NCBI GenBank assembly: GCA_963748625.1
Contig: CAVVJT010000010.1
Coordinates: forward strand, 576,001-640,000
From: an uncultured Chloroflexia bacterium
GTDB lineage: Bacteria > Chloroflexota > Limnocylindria > Limnocylindrales > CSP1-4
DNA length: 64,000 nt
Direction: 5' to 3'
Shown: positions 58,375 to 64,000 of the stretch, piece by piece
How the letters are laid out: the number at the start of each line of letters is the position of its first letter
Numbering within the stretch: the stretch's first letter is position 1
The notes under the pieces: generated by a model
The model's input: the letters and a program-made list of their open reading frames with translations, nothing else
Database searches by the model: none
What the model was told of the DNA's origin: nothing
Program-made: the position numbers and the translations under genes

Positions 58375-58401
58375 CGTCCGCCTCGCTCCGCGCTCTCGTC
58401 G

Positions 58402-59340
58402 TCAGGCCATCAACTCGACCAGCAGCGCCTTCTGCGCGTGCAGACGGTTCTCAGACTGGTCGAAGATGATGCTCCGCGGTCCGTCCATCACGTCGGACGT
58501 GATCTCCTCACCGCGGTGCGCGGGCAGGCAGTGCATCACATATGCATCAGGAGCGAGCGCCATCAGCTCTGCGTTCACCTGGTAGCGCGCGAACGCGTCG
58601 CGCCGCTCCTCCGCCTCCGCCTCCTGGCCCATCGAGGTCCACGCGTCGGTGTAGACCGCGTGTGCGCCCTCCACGGCCTCGCGGGCATCGGCGGTGAACA
58701 CGAGCCTTCCGCCGGAGGCAGCCGCGATCTCCCGGGCGCGTGCCACGATCCGCTCGTTGGGCCCGTAGCCCACGGGATGGGCCAGGCGGACCTCCATGCC
58801 CAGGGTGGCGCCCATCAGGACCAGCGAGTGGTAGACGTTGTTGCCGTCGCCCACGAACGAGAGGACGGCGCCGCGGAGATCGCCGAGCTTCTCGTGCAGC
58901 GTGAACAGGTCGGCCAGCGCCTGGCAAGGATGCTCGCGGATCGTCAGGCCGTTGATCACGGGGATCTCGGCCCGCGCCGCCAGCTCCACGACCACCTCGT
59001 GGGGACCCGTGCGGGCCATGATCGCGTCCACGAATCGCTCGAGGTTGCGGGCGACATCGCCCACCGTCTCCCGGCCACCGAGAACCACACCCTCCGTCAG
59101 GTAGATCGCATGACCCCCCAGTTGCGTCATGCCGGCCTCGAAGGTGACACGCGTGCGCAGGCTCGGCTTCTGGAACAGCATGGCCAGCGTCCGCCGCTCG
59201 AGGGGCGGAGCGGCGTGGCGATGCTCAACGGCGTACTCAGCCTTCAGCTCCATCGCGCGCAGGAACAGGCGCCCGATCTCCACAGCCGAGAGGTCGGCGG
59301 CACTGATCAGGTCCCGTCCGCGGAGGCTGCTGGTCGTCAT
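58402..59340 (-). CDS. argF: Ornithine carbamoyltransferase
   Basis: SLRTR, HPCQALAD, GDGNNV, WTSMGQE, HCLP; start inferred. Confidence 0.94.
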   Translation of the reverse strand: MTTSSLRGRDLISAADLSAVEIGRLFLRAMELKAEYAVEHRHAAPPLERRTLAMLFQKPSLRTRVTFEAGMTQLGGHAIYLTEGVVLGGRETVGDVARNLERFVDAIMARTGPHEVVVELAARAEIPVINGLTIREHPCQALADLFTLHEKLGDLRGAVLSFVGDGNNVYHSLVLMGATLGMEVRLAHPVGYGPNERIVARAREIAAASGGRLVFTADAREAVEGAHAVYTDAWTSMGQEAEAEERRDAFARYQVNAELMALAPDAYVMHCLPAHRGEEITSDVMDGPRSIIFDQSENRLHAQKALLVELMA

Positions 59341-59444
59341 GGCTGCTGCGTGAACCTCGGGAGAATGCAGATCGCCCGCGCCACCGGTCGTGCCGGGAGC
59401 GCGGGCGACAATCATCGCCTGTAGGGCGGCCTCGCCGCCAGCGG

Positions 59445-59843
59445 CTAGCGCTTGGTGTACTGCGGGGCCTTCCGGGCGCGCTTCAGGCCGTACTTCTTGC
59501 GCTCCTTCATCCGCGGGTCGCGGGTGAGGAGACCAGCCTGACGGAGCGGAAGCCGGTAGGTTGCGGGATCCGACTGCAGCAGGGCTCGGGCGATGCCGTG
59601 GCGGATCGCGCCCGACTGGCCCGTGGTGCCACCGCCGGAGACCTTGATCATGATGTTGTAGCGGCCCTCGGTCCCGGTCACCCGGAACGGGAGGAACAGC
59701 TCAACCTCGGCGAGGATTCCACCGAAGAAGTCCTCGGGAGTCTTCCCGTTGATGACCATCAGGCCCTCACCGGGGAGGAGGCGAACACGGGCAACCGCCG
59801 TCTTGCGGCGGCCGGTGCCCCAATAAAACGCAGGCGTCGACAT
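59445..59843 (-). CDS. rpsI: 30S ribosomal protein S9
   Basis: [12 protein letters not shown] ... [19 protein letters not shown]. Confidence 0.98.
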   Translation of the reverse strand: MSTPAFYWGTGRRKTAVARVRLLPGEGLMVINGKTPEDFFGGILAEVELFLPFRVTGTEGRYNIMIKVSGGGTTGQSGAIRHGIARALLQSDPATYRLPLRQAGLLTRDPRMKERKKYGLKRARKAPQYTKR

Positions 59844-59856
59844 CAGGGCTCCTCGA

Positions 59857-60288
59857 TCAGGCGAGCGGCTCGGGCTTCTGGGCCTGATGCGGATGCTCAG
59901 CACCTGCATAGACCTTCAGCTTCCGAAGCTGCTGGGCTCCAAGGCGATTGTGGGGCAGCATCCCCTTGACGGTCCGGCGGATGACCTCCTCCGGCCGGCG
60001 GGCCAGGAGGTGACCCAGGGTCTCCTCCTTGAAGCCACCGGGGTAGCCGCTGTGGCGGGCGTAGACCTTCGACGTCAGCTTGTCGCGGGTCACGGTGATC
60101 CTCGCCGCGTTGACGACGATCACATGGTCACCCGTGTCCATGTGGGCCGCATAGGTGGGCTTGTTCTTGCCCTCGAGGACATGCGCGATCCGCGTCGCAA
60201 GGCGGCCGAGCGTCTCGTCCGTCGCGTCGACGACGTACCAGCGTCGCTCGATCTCGCTCTCCCGAGGCGTATAGGTCTTCGCGCTCAT
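59857..60288 (-). CDS. rplM: 50S ribosomal protein L13
   Basis: [31 protein letters not shown]. Confidence 0.98.
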   Translation of the reverse strand: MSAKTYTPRESEIERRWYVVDATDETLGRLATRIAHVLEGKNKPTYAAHMDTGDHVIVVNAARITVTRDKLTSKVYARHSGYPGGFKEETLGHLLARRPEEVIRRTVKGMLPHNRLGAQQLRKLKVYAGAEHPHQAQKPEPLA

Positions 60289-61070
60289 TCCTCGTCTTCC
60301 TTGTCGTCCACCGGCCGCCGTCCGAAGGCGACGTGCCGGAGGCAGAGACCCTTCGCGGGTGCTGCTGCCCCTTTGAGGGCCGGCTCTGCGGCGATCAAGG
60401 CCGCCACAAGGGCCGTGTCATCGATTCTGCCAAGGCCGACCTCCAGGAGGCCGGCGACCATTCTCCTCACCTGTCCCCGGAGGAAGGCGTTCGCCCTGAC
60501 GTCGATCGTCACCAGGCGACCATCCTTCCGGACCCGGACCATGTGCACGGTCCGGACCGTGGACCGGCCCGTGATCCCGCCGAAGGGTGAGAAGTCATGG
60601 CGGCCCACGTAGGCCGTTGCGGCTCTCGCCATTGCGGCGACATCGAGTGGGGCCCGCACCCCGAGCGCCGTACGCTCGCGAAGCGGGCTTCGCGGCCCGT
60701 TCCAGACGGTGTAGCGGTACTCCCGGTACCGCGCCGCAAAGCGCGGGTGGAACCCGTCAGGCGCCCGTCGCAGGTCGCGGATCGCGACATCCGGCGGGAG
60801 CAGGCTGTTGATGGCCCGCTGGAGCGCCCGTTCCGCCACCGCGCCACCGTAGGTGAATGCGATCACCTGCCCGGTAGCGTGGACGCCGGCGTCCGTACGC
60901 CCCGCCCCATCGACCACGACCCGCTCGCCCCGGTTGAGGCGGGCGAGCGCGGTCTCGAGCTCTCCCTGGACCGTCCGGGCGTTCAGCTGGAGCTGGAACC
61001 CGGCCAAGTCCGTTCCGTCGTATTCACACCGGGCGCGATAGCGCGCCGGCGCGCCCTCTCGGACGCTCAC
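60285..61070 (-). CDS. truA: tRNA pseudouridine(38-40) synthase
   Basis: [33 protein letters not shown]. Confidence 0.96.
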   Translation of the reverse strand: MSVREGAPARYRARCEYDGTDLAGFQLQLNARTVQGELETALARLNRGERVVVDGAGRTDAGVHATGQVIAFTYGGAVAERALQRAINSLLPPDVAIRDLRRAPDGFHPRFAARYREYRYTVWNGPRSPLRERTALGVRAPLDVAAMARAATAYVGRHDFSPFGGITGRSTVRTVHMVRVRKDGRLVTIDVRANAFLRGQVRRMVAGLLEVGLGRIDDTALVAALIAAEPALKGAAAPAKGLCLRHVAFGRRPVDDKEDEE

Positions 61071-61083
61071 CAGATGGTGCTGG

Positions 61084-61440
61084 TCAGACCAGCTCGATCT
61101 GGACGATCTCGGCGGCGTCGCCCTTGCGCTGGCCGATGTGCACCAGACGGGTGTAGCCCGAGGTGCGGTCGGCGTACTTGGGGGCGATCACGTCGAACAG
61201 CTTCGCAACGACGAGCGGCTCGTTCGGGAACTCCGAGACGACCGTCCGCCGGGCCGCGAGGTCACCGCGCTTGGCGAGCGTGATCATCCGCTCGACCTGG
61301 CCACGGATCTCCTTGGCCTTGGCCTCGGTGGTCTGCACCCGCTCGTAGCGGAGGACCGAGACCGTGAGGTTCTTGTAGAGGGCGAGACGCGGCCCGGTCT
61401 TGCGTGAGAGCTTGCGCCCGTCGACCCGATGCGAGGACAT
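61084..61440 (-). CDS. rplQ: 50S ribosomal protein L17
   Basis: GRKLSR, TTEAKAKE, GYTR, RKGDAA. Confidence 0.97.
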   Translation of the reverse strand: MSSHRVDGRKLSRKTGPRLALYKNLTVSVLRYERVQTTEAKAKEIRGQVERMITLAKRGDLAARRTVVSEFPNEPLVVAKLFDVIAPKYADRTSGYTRLVHIGQRKGDAAEIVQIELV

Positions 61441-61443
61441 GGA

Positions 61444-62445
61444 TCAGGACTCCTCGTCGTCGGCGAAGGGCTCGTCGGCCGCCTCGCCGTCCTCGTCGTA
61501 GTCGCCCTCAGACTCCGCCTCCGGGAGGATGAAGCCGCGCATGCGAAGGCGCTCCTTCATCTCGTCCAGCGACTTCTTGCCGAAGTTGCGCATGCGGAGG
61601 AGGTCGTCGTCCTTGAGCTGCAGCAGCTGGCCGACCTTGACGATGTTGTTGCGCTTGAGCGAGTTGTACGCCCGCATCGGCAGGTCCAGCTCCTCGATCG
61701 GCATGTCGAGCATGTTCGGAGGGAGCTGGGGCACGCCGGCCGACGTGCGGTCGGCGGGGGCGGCCTGGACACCGACGGTGACGAACGGCTGGAACTGTCG
61801 CACGAGCATGTCCGCGGAGCGCGAGAGCGCCTCCTCGGGAGTGATCGCGCCATCCGTCTCGATCTCGATCGTGAGCTTGTCGTAGTTGGTCATCTGGCCA
61901 ACACGCATGCTCTCGACCCAGTAGTTGACCTTCCGGATCGGGGTGAAGATCGCGTCGACCGCGATCACGCCGATCGGCAGGGCCTCCGAGCGCTCGGCGG
62001 CCAGGTAGCCGACGCCGCGCTCGACGGTCAGGTCCATCTCGATCGTCACATCGTCCGAGTCGATCGTCATGAGGACGAGCTCGGGATTGACGATCTCGAC
62101 GTCGGCGGACTCCGCGATGTCCGCGGCGATCACGGGGCCGGCGCCGCTCTTGATGAGGCGGAGCTGGACCGGATGGCTCGCGAAGCTCTTGAGGCGGAGC
62201 TTCTTGACGTTCAGGACGATCTGGGTGACGTCCTCCTTGACCCCGGGGATCGTGGAGAACTCCTGGTAGACGTCACGGATCTGGATCGACGTCACGGCTG
62301 CGCCCTCGAGCGAGGACAGGAGCACGCGCCGCAGCGCATTGCCCAATGTGACGCCGTAGCCGGCCTGCAGCGGACCGGCCTCGTACTTGGCGTACGTGCC
62401 CTGCTCTGCGACAGGCTCGATCTGCGGGGACTCGAGTTCGATCAT
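61444..62445 (-). CDS. rpoA: RNA polymerase alpha subunit
   Basis: GVTLGNALRRVLLSS, GVKED, IEELDL..RAYNSL, NFGKKSLDE. Confidence 0.98.
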   Translation of the reverse strand: MIELESPQIEPVAEQGTYAKYEAGPLQAGYGVTLGNALRRVLLSSLEGAAVTSIQIRDVYQEFSTIPGVKEDVTQIVLNVKKLRLKSFASHPVQLRLIKSGAGPVIAADIAESADVEIVNPELVLMTIDSDDVTIEMDLTVERGVGYLAAERSEALPIGVIAVDAIFTPIRKVNYWVESMRVGQMTNYDKLTIEIETDGAITPEEALSRSADMLVRQFQPFVTVGVQAAPADRTSAGVPQLPPNMLDMPIEELDLPMRAYNSLKRNNIVKVGQLLQLKDDDLLRMRNFGKKSLDEMKERLRMRGFILPEAESEGDYDEDGEAADEPFADDEES

Positions 62446-62454
62446 GAAGGGCGA

Positions 62455-63081
62455 CTACCTCGAGTAGTACTCGACCACGAGCTGCTCGTTGAAGTCGAGC
62501 GGCATCTGGTCGCGACGCGGCAGGGCGAGGACGGAACCGCTGAGCTTCGCGGCGTCCAGGCTCAGCCAGTCCGGCGGCTGGTGCGACCGGATCGTCTCCT
62601 TGACGGTCTTGAAGAGCTCGCGCTCCTTGTGGGACTCGCGAACCTCGATCCGGTCACCGATCTTGAGGCTGTACGACGGGATGTTCGTCGGGGTGCCGTT
62701 CACCGCGAAGTGGCCATGGGCCACCATCTGGCGGGCGGCGGCACGGGACGGCGCGAAGCCGAGCCGGTACACGACGTTGTCCAGGCGCGCCTCAAGCTGG
62801 CGCAGGAGCGCTTCGCCGGTCACACCGGACTGGCGGGTGGCCTCAATGAAGTAGTTGCGGAACTGCTTCTCGAGGACGCCGTACACGCGGCGGACCTTCT
62901 GCTTCTCGCGAAGCTGCAGGCCGTAGTCGCCGACCTTGCGGCGACGAACGCCGTGCTGGCCGGGCGGCGTGGGCCGCTTCTCGAAGGAGCATTTCTTGCT
63001 GTAGCAGCGGCTGCCCTTGAGGAAGAGCTTGAGCCCTTCCCTGCGGCAAAGCCGGCAGACGGCGTCGGTATAGCGGGCCAT
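62455..63081 (-). CDS. rpsD: 30S ribosomal protein S4
   Basis: [33 protein letters not shown]. Confidence 0.98.
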   Translation of the reverse strand: MARYTDAVCRLCRREGLKLFLKGSRCYSKKCSFEKRPTPPGQHGVRRRKVGDYGLQLREKQKVRRVYGVLEKQFRNYFIEATRQSGVTGEALLRQLEARLDNVVYRLGFAPSRAAARQMVAHGHFAVNGTPTNIPSYSLKIGDRIEVRESHKERELFKTVKETIRSHQPPDWLSLDAAKLSGSVLALPRRDQMPLDFNEQLVVEYYSR

Positions 63082-63094
63082 ATTCTCTCGGTGC

Positions 63095-63490
63095 TCAGAC
63101 GCGGCGCCGCTTGGGCGGGCGGCATCCGTTGTGCGGGATGGGCGTGACGTCGGTGATGGCGCTCACTTCGAGGCCTGCGGCCTGGAGCGAACGGATCGCC
63201 TGCTCGCGACCAGCGCCGGGGCCTTTCACGTAGACCTCGACCTGGCGCATGCCGTGCTCCATGGCGCGTTTGGCGGCGCCATCCGCGGCAAGCGCGGCAG
63301 CATATGGCGTGCTCTTCCGGGAGCCCTTGAACCCGGCGATCCCTGCGGAACCCCACGAGATGACGTTCCCGGTGAGATCCGTGATCGTCACGATCGTGTT
63401 GTTGAAGCTCGCCTGGATATGGACGTGTCCCTGCGGGACGTTCTTGCGCTCCCGGCGCCGCTGCTTGACGGCGCGCTTCCGATCGGCCAT
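63095..63490 (-). CDS. rpsK: 30S ribosomal protein S11
   Basis: [35 protein letters not shown]. Confidence 0.98.
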   Translation of the reverse strand: MADRKRAVKQRRRERKNVPQGHVHIQASFNNTIVTITDLTGNVISWGSAGIAGFKGSRKSTPYAAALAADGAAKRAMEHGMRQVEVYVKGPGAGREQAIRSLQAAGLEVSAITDVTPIPHNGCRPPKRRRV

Positions 63491-63507
63491 GCCTTACCGG
63501 TTCCTCG

Positions 63508-63879
63508 TCACTTCTTCTTGCGGGCGCCGACCGTCTTCTTCGGCCCCCGGCGCTGTCGGGCGTTGGTCTTGGTGCGCTGCCCGCGCACCGGGAGATTGCG
63601 GCGATGCCGGAGGCCGCGGTACGACCCGATCTCGATGAGGCGCTTGATGTTGAGCGCCACCTCGCGACGGAGGTCACCCTCGACCTTGTGCGTGCGGTCG
63701 ATCACTTCGCGAAGCCGGTTGACCTGGTCTTCGGTGAGATCGCGGACACGCGTGTCCGGGTTGATGTTGGTCTGCTTGAGGATCTTCTGGCTCGAGCTGA
63801 GCCCGATCCCGAAGATGTACGTGAGGGCGATCTCCACGCGCTTCTCGCGCGGGATATCGACACCGGCGATACGAGCCAT
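63508..63879 (-). CDS. rpsM: 30S ribosomal protein S13
   Basis: [27 protein letters not shown]. Confidence 0.98.
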   Translation of the reverse strand: MARIAGVDIPREKRVEIALTYIFGIGLSSSQKILKQTNINPDTRVRDLTEDQVNRLREVIDRTHKVEGDLRREVALNIKRLIEIGSYRGLRHRRNLPVRGQRTKTNARQRRGPKKTVGARKKK

Positions 63880-63883
63880 CGCG

Positions 63884-63997
63884 TCAGCCCTGCCGCTGCT
63901 TGTGCTTGGGATTCTCGCAAATGACCATCACGGTGCCGTGGCGCCGGATGACCTTGCAGTTGTCACACCGCGTCTTGACGGACGCTCTGACCTTCAC
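63884..63997 (-). CDS. rpmJ: 50S ribosomal protein L36
   Basis: Translated by hand from GTG: [37 protein letters not shown]. Confidence 0.96.
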   Translation of the reverse strand: MKVRASVKTRCDNCKVIRRHGTVMVICENPKHKQRQG

Positions 63998-64000
63998 CGG

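Overview
High-GC bacterial chromosomal DNA with about 70 genes. I saw no tRNA, rRNA, CRISPR array or transposase. Gene content and style (alpha2-type GlyRS, an F420-type PPOX enzyme, an ECF sigma/beta-propeller pair, a GlmL-like gene, cdaA-cdaR-glmM, many leaderless genes) suggest a Chloroflexota- or Actinobacteria-like organism; this is inference only. From left to right: a LacI-controlled sugar/polyol ABC transporter with a polyol dehydrogenase; glyQS; a large glycerol/dihydroxyacetone (DHA) locus (glpF-dhaK-dhaL-glpK-dhaM-glpABC-panE-like-plsY, plus HPr); accessory genes; and a ~27 kb minus-strand housekeeping run from rpmJ/rpsM to glmU and a CNNM/CBS gene. The best candidate for an undescribed system is upstream of glpF. 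An extra DhaL paralog has lost the conserved K-G-R-A-S-Y loop and overlaps a soluble GAF-PAS histidine kinase and an OmpR-type regulator, opposite a second dhaM-dhaL pair. This looks like a PTS/DHA-kinase-derived two-component sensing module. Other oddities: REPIN-like palindromic repeats, a structured GGAGGA-rich glpF leader, two small membrane ORFs missing from the ORF track, a degenerate GlmL-like/macro-domain cluster, and two probable 1-nt frameshifts.
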